Positions 33,430 through 43,311 of a stretch of DNA of 64,000 nucleotides are shown here, in pieces. The notes under the pieces are model-generated. The model worked only from the letters and a program-made list of their open reading frames with translations, was not told the origin of the DNA and made no database searches. The position numbers and the translations under genes are program-made. Numbering within the stretch: the stretch's first letter is position 1; each line of letters starts with the position of its first letter. Source of the DNA: Escherichia phage SUT_E1520; the sequence record OQ885479. One strand, given 5' to 3'.

Positions 33430-33659
33430 CAACCTAGCCGATAGGTTTTAAGATGTACCCAGTTCGATAAGAGCGATAACTTGATAAAATTTGACGGTCG
33501 GTGCTTACCATAATGCATCCCGCCCCCTAACGGGATATAGCGGCCTACGTGGAGTTCTTTAAAATTGATTATATTGGCGAGCGGATTGTTACTTATTACC
33601 TGCTGTTACTTTCTAGCAGGTAATGCGGAACAATCCCCAAATAACTAGGAGTTTATATT

Positions 33660-33911
33660 ATGCAAAACGTTATTACCGCGCCGAAAGTTGGTCAATCCGT
33701 CTTCATTCCTTTCGTTACTAAAACGGATGAATTAACCGGAAAGGCCGAACGTATTAAAGGTGCGGCGCTTATGCCGTTCGATACAATCGACGCGGTATAC
33801 GCTGAAAATGAACGTAGTAACAACGGCAAGCCCGTTTTTAGCGTTCGCGTTAAATCCGGCGATGTTGTAAAGGTTGTTCAACGCAACGAAAAATGGGAAG
33901 CTGTATTGTAA
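33660..33911 (+). CDS. pre-early protein (hypothetical)
   Basis: ORF track; SD TAGGAG; 10-bp-stem hairpin upstream at 33595-33624. Confidence 0.5.
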   Translation: MQNVITAPKVGQSVFIPFVTKTDELTGKAERIKGAALMPFDTIDAVYAENERSNNGKPVFSVRVKSGDVVKVVQRNEKWEAVL

Positions 33912-34007
33912 ATTAGTGTTAACTTTATATCCCCTTATTTCAGGGGGATATAACGATTAACATTAAGTTAATCTAATCCCTTAAATTAAACTAATAGGAG
34001 TTACATC

Positions 34008-34415
34008 ATGACTAACGCTAAAACCGCAAAATTCGCATGGAATGAAGAAAACACTCAGAAAGCTGTTTCCATGTATCAACAGTTAATTAATGAAAACGGT
34101 TTAGATTTCGCAAATAGCGACGGTTTAAAAGAGATTGCAAAAGCAGTGGGCGCGGCTTCTCCCGTATCCGTTCGGTCAAAATTGACCAGCGCAAAAGCAT
34201 ATCAAAAAAGCGATAAGCCTCGCAAAGTTGGCGGCGGTAGTTCAATCCGCAAAGCTCATTATGTACGCGTTATTGCAAAACACGCTATCGATTCCGGCAT
34301 TATCAAAGATGCCGATGATCTGGCAAGCCTTGAAAGTGCAAAACTTGAAACGCTGGACGCAGTAGCGCAATTGTTAGGCGTTGCCGATGAAGTAAAACAA
34401 GCCGCAGGCGAATAA
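34008..34415 (+). CDS. A2-like pre-early protein (putative DNA-binding)
   Basis: 135 aa, immediately upstream of A1; assignment by position and size only. Confidence 0.4.
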   Translation: MTNAKTAKFAWNEENTQKAVSMYQQLINENGLDFANSDGLKEIAKAVGAASPVSVRSKLTSAKAYQKSDKPRKVGGGSSIRKAHYVRVIAKHAIDSGIIKDADDLASLESAKLETLDAVAQLLGVADEVKQAAGE

Positions 34416-34507
34416 TAGTTATACCTTGCCCCCTTTTTTAGTGAGGGGGCAATAATATAACTGTTTAGCGATAGTTATTTTCTTCCCTTAAATCAGGAGT
34501 TTTTAAA

Positions 34508-34705
34508 ATGATCTTTTATCCTACTGAATCATTAATTCTAGGCTTGTTTATTATGGCGGCCTCGTTATTGTTCGCTTATTTTCAAAATGATTTAGATTCG
34601 TATTATTTTAAACGTAAATCTAAGTTAGCAAAGCGTTTAGGTCTTATTTGTTTTATTGCCGCCGTTGCTTGTGGTGTTAGTTCTAGCCTTATGCCTTTAA
34701 ATTAA
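34508..34705 (+). CDS. small membrane protein
   Basis: ORF track; two hydrophobic segments. Confidence 0.45.
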   Translation: MIFYPTESLILGLFIMAASLLFAYFQNDLDSYYFKRKSKLAKRLGLICFIAAVACGVSSSLMPLN

Positions 34706-34795
34706 TGTTGCAAATTATAACGCCTATTATTCGAGGCGTTATATTTGGCAATATTGCCGTTATTAATCTAATCCCTTTAATGGAGTTTTATTATC

Positions 34796-36460
34796 ATGAT
34801 TATTTCCGCAGAAAAACAAACCGTTATCCTGAAAATGGCCGCTGACTTTAATTTCTATGGTAAACGTCTGCGCGCTACTAAACTGGAAGTCTGCGACGAT
34901 ATATCAAAAGCGGTCTACGATACAACGAAACACTCCACCGCCATTTGTGATTGGTTGGAAGCAAATAAACCAGCGAAACCGAAAGCGGCGAAAGTAGCAA
35001 AAGCCATTAAAAACGACGAGCGCCCAGAAGCGGCGGGGGTTGTTTCTAGCACGGTTGAACAGTGGGAAGTAAAACAAGGCAAACGCTTTATTATTACATC
35101 GATTCAGAATAATACTTTCCCGCATAAAAACTTTTTGGCCTCACTTGAACAATATGCCAAATTTATCGGCGCTGATTTGCTCGTTTCTAAGTATATTTAT
35201 AATAAAAACGGTTTTCAAAATGGGGAAGGTGCGGATGGAATCAAATATGATTCCGCGTTTGATAAATATATTTGCAGCAAAAACGTGTTTTTAAATAACC
35301 GCCGTTTCGCTTTCATGGCTGAAATTAATGTTTTGCCAACCGCAGATTATCCGCTTTCTGGATTCGCAGAAACTGCAACGGCTTTAAATATTGAAGGTCT
35401 GGCAATTGGTCACGCTAAAATCACCGCTGAAAGTGTGCCAGCTTTAAAAGGTGAAGTAGTGCGCCGTATGTATTCAACCGGAACGGCAACGCTCAAAAAC
35501 TACATTCAGCAGAAAGCAGGACAAAAGGCCGAGGCGCTGCATAACTTCGGTGCGCTTATTGTTGAGTTCGACGACGACGGGGAATTTTTTGTACGCCAGC
35601 TTGAAACGATGGACGAAAGCGGGGTGTTTTATGATCTGAACGTTTGCGCTACTCCTGCCGGATGCTATGAAACATCGGGGCATGTTTTAGGCTTGCAGTA
35701 TGGCGATATTCACGCCGAAAAATTAGATGATGATTGTGCCGTTGCGTCATGGGCTGGCGAGAATAGTTTGCTTGATATTCTTAAACCAAAATATCAGCTT
35801 ATTCATGACGTGCATGATTTTACATCGCGCAATCATCATAACCGTGCATCCGGTGTATTCCTAGCGAAACAGTATGCCGCCGGACGTGATAAAGTTCTGG
35901 ATGATCTTATCGATACGGGGCGCGTGCTGGAATCAATGGAACGTGATTTTAGTCAAACAATCATCGTAGAATCGAATCACGATTTGGCGCTATCCCGCTG
36001 GCTTGATGATCGTAATGCTAACATTAAAGACGATCCCGCCAACGCCGAACTATATCACCGCCTAAATGCTGCAATTTACGCGGCAATCGGTGAGCATGAC
36101 GATACTTTCAACGTGCTAGATTATGCGTTGCGCAAGGTTGCAGGTTGTGAGTTTAACGCCATTTTCCTAACCACTGACCAATCTTTCAAGATTGCAGGTA
36201 TTGAATGCGGCGTACACGGTCACAACGGCATTAACGGCAGCCGTGGCAACCCGAAACAATTTAAGAAATTGGGCAAGTTAAACACGGGGCATACGCATAC
36301 CGCCAGCATTTACGGCGGCGTATACACCGCTGGCGTAGCTGGTAGTCTGGATATGGGTTACAACGTTGGCGCGTCAAGCTGGACGCAGACGCATTTAATT
36401 ACCTATGCAAACGGTCAGCGCACTTTGATTGACTTTAAAAACGGTAAATTCTTTGCGTAA
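34796..36460 (+). CDS. A1: A1-like pre-early protein, calcineurin/Mre11-like metallophosphoesterase (probable DNase)
   Basis: 554 aa; motifs GDIHAE, HDFTSRNHHN and GHTHTAS. Confidence 0.7.
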   Translation: MIISAEKQTVILKMAADFNFYGKRLRATKLEVCDDISKAVYDTTKHSTAICDWLEANKPAKPKAAKVAKAIKNDERPEAAGVVSSTVEQWEVKQGKRFIITSIQNNTFPHKNFLASLEQYAKFIGADLLVSKYIYNKNGFQNGEGADGIKYDSAFDKYICSKNVFLNNRRFAFMAEINVLPTADYPLSGFAETATALNIEGLAIGHAKITAESVPALKGEVVRRMYSTGTATLKNYIQQKAGQKAEALHNFGALIVEFDDDGEFFVRQLETMDESGVFYDLNVCATPAGCYETSGHVLGLQYGDIHAEKLDDDCAVASWAGENSLLDILKPKYQLIHDVHDFTSRNHHNRASGVFLAKQYAAGRDKVLDDLIDTGRVLESMERDFSQTIIVESNHDLALSRWLDDRNANIKDDPANAELYHRLNAAIYAAIGEHDDTFNVLDYALRKVAGCEFNAIFLTTDQSFKIAGIECGVHGHNGINGSRGNPKQFKKLGKLNTGHTHTASIYGGVYTAGVAGSLDMGYNVGASSWTQTHLITYANGQRTLIDFKNGKFFA

Positions 36461-36515
36461 TTAAATTATTTCCCTAGCGGCTTGAAATATAGCCGCTATT
36501 TCAGGAGTCACAAAA

Positions 36516-36773
36516 ATGAAAGTTACATTACCCAAAACACTGGACGAAAAAGTATTCATTTCACCGGATGAAATGGAATCTGATAAAGTTTACAGCTTCG
36601 GGCCTATCCTAGCCGCTAAAACTAATACTGATGGCGTTATTTCCGTAGATTACCGTGATAATGATGTTGTTCCTTTTGATGACGATAGCGCTTTTTATGA
36701 GTGGCTAAGTGATAATAATCTACCCGTAAACGGTGAATTAACGCCGTACCAGATGCAGATTATTATCAAATAA
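36516..36773 (+). CDS. pre-early protein (hypothetical)
   Basis: ORF track. Confidence 0.5.
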   Translation: MKVTLPKTLDEKVFISPDEMESDKVYSFGPILAAKTNTDGVISVDYRDNDVVPFDDDSAFYEWLSDNNLPVNGELTPYQMQIIIK

Positions 36774-36811
36774 TTTAAATCCATTATTAAACTAATTGGG
36801 GTTTTATAAAT

Positions 36812-37204
36812 ATGAAAAAGCAAAATATTCCATTCGATCGCGCTCAGTCTTCCATTGTTCTGGTTTATTCTAATGGTGAACGTTATCACGTCGAGGCGTG
36901 GCACGTTATTGATGAATTGTTAGATTTCAATGATGCGATGCAGGTTACAACATTTGCATATATGCAAGGCAAACTAACAAGCCATATTAAAGCAAAAGGC
37001 GTTTATATTGACACGGTGAAACAAGAAACGATTATCATCGACGCAGTAAAATCCGGCCTAGCCTTTGCAGTTGTCGCGCCTTGCCTCGCTTGCCTTGATG
37101 ATCAGCTAGCGAGCGCAAAGGTATATACCTGCGCGGGTATTCGTTCCCATGTATCAGGTGAGGATATTAGTTTTATTGCTGATGCGTTGGCTTATGGTCT
37201 TTAA
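36812..37204 (+). CDS. pre-early protein (hypothetical)
   Basis: ORF track. Confidence 0.5.
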   Translation: MKKQNIPFDRAQSSIVLVYSNGERYHVEAWHVIDELLDFNDAMQVTTFAYMQGKLTSHIKAKGVYIDTVKQETIIIDAVKSGLAFAVVAPCLACLDDQLASAKVYTCAGIRSHVSGEDISFIADALAYGL

Positions 37205-37283
37205 TAGTTGATTTATTATTACCCGCTTATAAATAGCGGGTAATGCTGGATAAACTAAATCCCTTTAATGGAGAACGTAACAA

Positions 37284-38018
37284 ATGAATAAAGCTATTAT
37301 GAATATTTCCCGTAATTTCCCGCATATTTCCCGCGTCATGATTTGGGATTTAGACGGCACTATCATTAATTCTTTCCATCGTGTAGCGCCTTGCTTTGAT
37401 AGTGAGGGCAATTTAGATTTAAATAAGTATAAAAATGAAGCCTGCAAACATCATTTAATAATGCAAGATACTTTATTGCCATTGGTTGAATATATGCGCC
37501 AATGTATGAATGATGCAAATACTTTAAACATTATTTGCACCGCTCGACTAATGAGCAAGTCGGACTATTATTATTTGCGTAAACAAGGGTTGCGCGGTCG
37601 TGGTGATAGTAATATCCGTGTATTTTCCCGCGATACACTACACAAATATTTTGAAGCTGATAAAGTTAGCGAGATATACCACAGCAAAGACGCCATTTAT
37701 AAATCGTATTATTTTGAATTATTTAAACAATTATATCCAAACGCTGACTTTACAATGATTGACGATCATAAAGGCGTGCTATCAGCGGCGGCATCATACG
37801 GATTTAAAACGCTGGACGCGCAAGCCATTAACGATATTCTATCAATCGGCGTTGCATTGATAGGTGAAACCTTTATCGATGAATCTCTCGATGATGATAA
37901 TGATTATCAGTTCCTAGCTGATCGTTTGAAATTATGTTGGGAAAGTATGACCGAGGAAGAACGCGCAGAATATAGTTGCAGCCCGCAACAATATATTGAG
38001 AAATTAAAAGTTGCGTAA
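37284..38018 (+). CDS. dmp: 5-prime-deoxyribonucleotidase, HAD-superfamily phosphatase
   Basis: 244 aa; HAD motif I DLDGT near the N-terminus and a later DD motif. Confidence 0.7.
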   Translation: MNKAIMNISRNFPHISRVMIWDLDGTIINSFHRVAPCFDSEGNLDLNKYKNEACKHHLIMQDTLLPLVEYMRQCMNDANTLNIICTARLMSKSDYYYLRKQGLRGRGDSNIRVFSRDTLHKYFEADKVSEIYHSKDAIYKSYYFELFKQLYPNADFTMIDDHKGVLSAAASYGFKTLDAQAINDILSIGVALIGETFIDESLDDDNDYQFLADRLKLCWESMTEEERAEYSCSPQQYIEKLKVA

Positions 38019-38032
38019 TAATTAAAGTTGAA

Positions 38033-38069
38033 ATAGTCACGGTGTGTAATGATAACATGCCGTGACTAT
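38033..38069 (+). terminator. stem-loop after dmp (terminator-like)
   Basis: ATAGTCACGG...CCGTGACTAT hairpin. Confidence 0.45.
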
Positions 38070-38082
38070 TAGCTTGCTAAGT

Positions 38083-38100
38083 ACCGGGCGGTAATGAGAC
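38083..38100 (+). promoter_or_regulatory. third copy (one mismatch) of the Fur-box-like palindrome
   Basis: AATGAGACTCATTCTCAT between dmp and the small-membrane-protein operon. Confidence 0.45.
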
Positions 38101-38169
38101 TCATTCTCATCTGGGGAGCCACTGGACACACCTCCATGTGTAATCTTATGAAATTTGACAAAAGTCGAA

Positions 38170-38415
38170 TTAGCGCATAGAAGGGTCATCAAACCTGTGT
38201 TCTGGTCTGAACTCCCGGAATCTCTTCCGCGACGCCCGAGATCCATCCGACCACTCTCGCTCAAACTCCGCACGTTTCTCGTCAAACTTCCGCTCCCTTT
38301 CCGCAATCTCCCGCGTCACTCCCGCAATATATTCCCGATGCTTATTGATTGCCGCAGTCGTCCCGAAAACTCCCGCGAGTATCCCGATAATAAAAGCAAT
38401 TATAATACTAAACAT
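38170..38415 (-). CDS. small membrane protein with a charged C-terminal tail (81 aa)
   Basis: ORF track; last gene of a translationally coupled minus-strand operon. Confidence 0.45.
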   Translation of the reverse strand: MFSIIIAFIIGILAGVFGTTAAINKHREYIAGVTREIAERERKFDEKRAEFEREWSDGSRASRKRFREFRPEHRFDDPSMR

Positions 38416-38602
38416 CTAATTCCCTCTCAATTTGCAGAATACGGGTGCTATCACAACGTTGCAGTAGTACTAGCTTTTCTAGAATAACTTGTTGTTGTTT
38501 TACCTGGGCTTCTAGAGTTTTTAGGCGGAGATACACGATACGAGAGACAATGAGGATTACCCAGACTAATATTACCATTAGTGTAATTGCCACTTCCATC
38601 AT
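38408..38602 (-). CDS. small single-pass membrane protein, paralog family member (64 aa)
   Basis: ORF track; TM helix and C-terminal RILQIERELD-like motif. Confidence 0.45.
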   Translation of the reverse strand: MMEVAITLMVILVWVILIVSRIVYLRLKTLEAQVKQQQVILEKLVLLQRCDSTRILQIERELDV

Positions 38603-38706
38603 TTATGTTTCTCCGATAGTAAGGTTTCGATTCTAGCTAAGTGATTATCTAAGATACATTGCCCAATAATCACAATCCCCAGTAGTGCAATAATTACCCA
38701 TTCCAT
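38599..38706 (-). CDS. small single-pass membrane protein, paralog family member (35 aa)
   Basis: MEWVIIALLG...RIETLLSEKHK; TAATG and ATGATG overlaps with neighbours; below the track cutoff. Confidence 0.35.
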   Translation of the reverse strand: MEWVIIALLGIVIIGQCILDNHLARIETLLSEKHK

Positions 38707-38861
38707 TATTTACGCTCCTCTAATAAAGTTTCAATTCTAGATAATCTATTGCTCAACTGCATTAATTTAATCTCTGTTTGGGTTACAGAGGTATCTATTA
38801 CACGTAAGCCTGCAAAGAGAAGTATCAATAAGACGAATATGCCAATAATTACCCATTCCAT
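38706..38861 (-). CDS. small single-pass membrane protein, paralog family member (51 aa)
   Basis: Track ORF 38706..38891; start moved to the ATG at 38861 (MEWVIIGIF...RIETLLEERK). Confidence 0.45.
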   Translation of the reverse strand: MEWVIIGIFVLLILLFAGLRVIDTSVTQTEIKLMQLSNRLSRIETLLEERK

Positions 38862-38998
38862 TATAGCCACCCCGCCATAGCTGCTAACCAAAAACCTACG
38901 AAGATTAAGAATAATACAAAACCAAATCCGTAAATATTAACCCACGCTTCGTACACTTCTCCACGTCTGTTCTTTCTTTTATTTGACATATCTTTCAT
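38861..38998 (-). CDS. small membrane protein (45 aa), first gene of the operon downstream of llp
   Basis: SD AGGAGC upstream; basic N-terminus then TM helix; below the track cutoff. Confidence 0.4.
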   Translation of the reverse strand: MKDMSNKRKNRRGEVYEAWVNIYGFGFVLFLIFVGFWLAAMAGWL

Positions 38999-39152
38999 GC
39001 TCCTATGAGTATGGTATTTGGAATACCCTAGCAATTGCAGTGATTAGTATAAATATTCTTATTATACCTTCCCTAGTGTCTTGTGTGGCATCCTGGACTA
39101 ATTCTGCGCTAGGATTATCTTAAGTGGTGATAGTTACTAAGGTCGTTTTTAC

Positions 39153-39386
39153 TTAGAAAACTCCCTCACATGTATTCCCCTCAGTAAAGTAGCTTACGGG
39201 AGCCCAAAAAGACCCATAGGCCATAATTGGTGACACCAAAAACATATCCCCTTTCCTATCAAAAACATTAGCCTTATATTTCACATGATCTTGTACATAG
39301 TAGGCCTCACATTTAATATCTTTAGGACCAAAAGTAGAGCAAGCCGAAAGAAGTACCACTGCCATAGCTAAAAATAATTTTTTCAT
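39153..39386 (-). CDS. llp: Llp lipoprotein (FhuA-blocking superinfection-exclusion lipoprotein)
   Basis: 77 aa; signal peptide with lipobox LLSAC; divergent from and adjacent to the pb5 gene as in T5. Confidence 0.75.
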   Translation of the reverse strand: MKKLFLAMAVVLLSACSTFGPKDIKCEAYYVQDHVKYKANVFDRKGDMFLVSPIMAYGSFWAPVSYFTEGNTCEGVF

Positions 39387-39465
39387 TTACATTCTCCTAT
39401 GTTTAATTTATAATACTATTATACAGAATTATAGCAATATAGGCAATTAAATTTTTGGAGAACTT

Positions 39466-41388
39466 ATGAGTTTTTTCGCTGGCAAGCTAAATAATAAATC
39501 TATACTCTCTCTGCGCAGGGGTAGTGGCGGAGATACTAATCAACATATTAATCCTGACTCTCAGACCATATTCCATTCAGATATGCCCCATGTTATCATA
39601 ACAGAAACTCACTCCACAGGGTTAAGGCTAGATCAAGGTGCTGGAGATTACTACTGGTCTGATATGCCTAGCAGAATTACCCAGTTACATAATAATGATC
39701 CTAATAGAGTTGTGCTGACGGAGATTGAGTTCTCAGATGGCTCTAGACATATGTTATCCGGTATGTCTATGGGGGTAGGTGCTAAGGCGTACGGAATTAT
39801 AAATCCACAGGTCATGTCCCAGGGTGGCTTAAAAACACAAATAACAGCTAGTGCTGATCTATCCCTTGATGTAGGTTATTTTAACAGTGGAACTAGTGGA
39901 ACTATTCCCCAGAAGCTTAGAGATGGTACTGGATGTCAGCATATGTTTGGCGCCTTTAGTGGGCGTAGAGGATTTGCATCTAGTGCAATGTACTTAGGTG
40001 GTGCCGCTCTTTATAAGTCTGCCTGGGATGGTTCAGGATATATTGTGCCCAGCTCAGGATCCATAACTATCCCTAGCGACTACGTTAGGCATCCCGGAGC
40101 TAGAAACTTTGGATTTAACGCCATATATGTTCGTGGTAGATCTTGCAATAGAGTTCTTTACGGTATGGAAGGGCCTAACTATACCACTGCTGGAGCTGTG
40201 CACGGTGCTTCTAGTTCTGGGGCTCTTAACTTTATAGATAACCCTAGCAATCCCTCGGCTCCTAAGTACTCTGTAGGTTTCGCACGTGCTGATCCCACTA
40301 ACTATGCTTATTGGGAAAGTATGGGTGATCCGAATGATGCTGCTAATGGGCCTATAGGTATATATAGTGAGCACCTCGGTATTTATCCATCTAAAATTAC
40401 TTGGTATGTTACCAATCTAGTATACAATGGCTCAGGATACAGTATTGATAGTGGGCTATTTACTGGCAATGATATTAAACTTAGCCCAAGAGAGTTTATT
40501 ATTAAAGGGGTTAATGTTAATAATACGTCATGGAAGTTTATTAACTTTGTTGAGAAAAACTTTAATGTAGGTAGCAGAGCTGATTTTCGTGATGTTGGGT
40601 GTAACTTGAGTATGGGTGCCCCCTCTACTGGAGTTTCTGGCATAGCAACATTTGGGCTGCCCACTACGGAAAGCAATAACGCACCAAGTATTAAAGGTGG
40701 TAACGTTGGTGGTTTAAATACTAATGTAGTTAGTATTTATAACTTTTTACCTTCAGCATCTTGGTATGTTTCTAGTAATCCTCCAAAAATAGGCAGCAAT
40801 TATGGAGATGTTTGGAGTGAGAATCTTTTACCTTTAAGACTTCTAGGTGGTAGCGGAAGTACTGTACTATCTGGTAACATAGTATTTCAGGGTAATGGTT
40901 CCGTGCATGTTGGCACCGTGGGACTAGATCTTAATAGTAGTAGAAATGGCGCAATTGTATGTACTATGGAGTTCCTGGATGACACATGGTTGTCTGCAGG
41001 AGGTATTGGCTGCTTTAATCCTACGGAAATGCTATCTAAAGGCGCCGAATATGGAGATAGTAGGTTCAGAATGGGTGGCAATACTATCGATAAAAAACTT
41101 CACCAAATATTGTCCCTACCTGCAGGAGAATATGTACCATTTTTTACTATTAAAGGTACTGTAGTAAATGCTTGTAAATTACAGGCTGCTGGGTATACTC
41201 CAACTCCGTACTGGGTATCTGGGTTGCCGGGATCAGTAGGTCAAACGGGTTACTATACTCTAACATATTATATGAGAAATGATGGAAATAATAATATCTC
41301 TATTTGGTTAGAATCCTCTATGAGCAATATAATTGGCATGAAAGCATGCTTACCAAATATTAAACTTATAATTCAACGCCTTACCTAA
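39466..41388 (+). CDS. oad: receptor-binding protein pb5 (Oad)
   Basis: 640 aa, matching T5 pb5 length; position next to llp. Confidence 0.75.
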
Positions 41389-41398
41389 AGGAGGAAAT

Positions 41399-41881
41399 AT
41401 GGCAAATGATGTATTAGTACCAGATCTTATGTCCCCTGAAGGGATGGATGTAATTGAAGCGTATTTACAGTGCGGCAGCGATGTGCCTTCTGCCGCACGT
41501 AGTCTTGGGATGTCCGAAATTGCTTTCCGAGATATTATGAATCGTAGTGAAGTTAAGAATTACTTAAACGATATTTTTATGGAGAGTGGATTCCGTAACA
41601 GAGATCGTTTATTTGGTGTTCTAGATGAGGTTATCAAGCGTAAACTAGAGGAACTGGAAGAAACTGGCATGGGTTCTGACCAAGATATTATGGATATTCT
41701 CTGGAAAGCACATAAAATGAAAATGGAAGAAATGAAAATGATGGTAGAATTGGAGAAAGTGAAGGCAGCAGCCCGTACTCCAGCTAACCAGACCAACATC
41801 CAGAATAATATTATTGCTGGAGCTGGGGATCAAAACTACATGGACTTAATTACTTCCCTAGCTACTGGAGGTAAGAAGTAA
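41399..41881 (+). CDS. putative terminase small subunit
   Basis: 160 aa directly upstream of the large terminase with stop/start overlap; helix-turn-helix-like N-terminus. Confidence 0.5.
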
Positions 41882-43197
41882 TGGAAGTATCAAGACCCTA
41901 CGTTAACACAGTAGATGTTATTGATTTCGGAATAGACAAACGTTTCTTTCGTTTACCTGTTTCGGGAATACTAGCACAAGAAGGTATTACACCTAATGGT
42001 CCTCAAATAGCAATCATCAATGCTTTAGAGGACCCTAGACATCGTTTTGTAACGGCGTGTGTATCACGCCGTGTAGGTAAATCCTTCATCGCATACACAC
42101 TTGGGTTCCTAAAATTGTTGGAACCTAATGTGAAAGTGTTAGTAGTTGCCCCTAACTACTCACTAGCCAACATCGGATGGTCTCAGATTCGGGGTCTTAT
42201 TAAAAAATATGGCCTACAAACCGAACGTGAGAATGCTAAAGATAAAGAGATTGAGCTGGCAAACGGCTCACTGTTTAAACTAGCTTCTGCAGCTCAGGCT
42301 GACTCCGCAGTTGGACGTTCATATGACTTTATCATCTTTGATGAGGCGGCAATTTCCGATGTGGGTGGTGATGCCTTTAGAGTTCAGTTGCGTCCTACCC
42401 TAGATAAACCAAACTCTAAGGCTCTATTTATCTCTACTCCTCGTGGTGGTAACTGGTTTAAAGAGTTTTATGCCTACGGATTTGATGATACATTACCTAA
42501 CTGGGTATCTATTCATGGTACATATCGTGATAACCCACGTGCTGATCTGAATGATATCGAAGAAGCACGTCGTACAGTTAGTAAAAACTACTTTCGCCAA
42601 GAATACGAGGCTGACTTCTCTGTATTCGAAGGTCAGATCTTCGATACCTTTAATGCTATAGACCATGTTAAAGACCTTAAAGGTATGCGTCACTTCTTTA
42701 AAGATGATGAAGCATTCGAAACATTGCTTGGTATTGACGTTGGTTATCGTGATCCTACAGCAGTTCTTACTATTAAATATCATTACGATACGGATACTTA
42801 CTATGTATTAGAAGAGTACCAGCAGGCGGAGAAAACCACAGCTCAGCATGCTACGTATATTCAGCACTGTATAGATCGTTATAAAGTTGATCGTGTTTTT
42901 GTTGACTCTGCCGCAGCTCAGTTCCGTCAGGACTTAGCTTATGAACATGAAATTGCATCGGCTCCAGCTAAAAAATCTGTCCTAGATGGATTAGCATGTT
43001 TACAAGCACTATTCCAACAAGGCAAGATTATTGTGGATGCTTCATGTTCCTCATTAATTCACGCATTGCAGAATTACAAGTGGGATTTCCAAGAAGGTGA
43101 AGAAAAATTATCACGTGAAAAACCACGTCATGATGCTAACTCTCACCTCTGTGATGCTCTGCGCTATGGAATTTACTCTATTTCCCGTGGTAAATAA
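41881..43197 (+). CDS. terminase large subunit
   Basis: 438 aa; Walker A-like RRVGKS; DxD-rich C-terminal nuclease-like region. Confidence 0.8.
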   Translation: MEVSRPYVNTVDVIDFGIDKRFFRLPVSGILAQEGITPNGPQIAIINALEDPRHRFVTACVSRRVGKSFIAYTLGFLKLLEPNVKVLVVAPNYSLANIGWSQIRGLIKKYGLQTERENAKDKEIELANGSLFKLASAAQADSAVGRSYDFIIFDEAAISDVGGDAFRVQLRPTLDKPNSKALFISTPRGGNWFKEFYAYGFDDTLPNWVSIHGTYRDNPRADLNDIEEARRTVSKNYFRQEYEADFSVFEGQIFDTFNAIDHVKDLKGMRHFFKDDEAFETLLGIDVGYRDPTAVLTIKYHYDTDTYYVLEEYQQAEKTTAQHATYIQHCIDRYKVDRVFVDSAAAQFRQDLAYEHEIASAPAKKSVLDGLACLQALFQQGKIIVDASCSSLIHALQNYKWDFQEGEEKLSREKPRHDANSHLCDALRYGIYSISRGK

Positions 43198-43311
43198 ATA
43201 AGTATAGGAAGGGATACTACTCAGTTGGTATCCCATTCCTGCATTTTAAAATCCCCTTTACAAATTCGATACGATTATGTATACTATATTCATACAGTTG
43301 AGGAGAACACT

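Noticed and set aside
38155-38636. Plus-strand track ORFs 38155..38487 and 38445..38636
   Set aside because: They are antisense to the chain of translationally coupled minus-strand genes, which have TM helices and paralog conservation; the plus-strand products are Arg/Pro-rich low-complexity.
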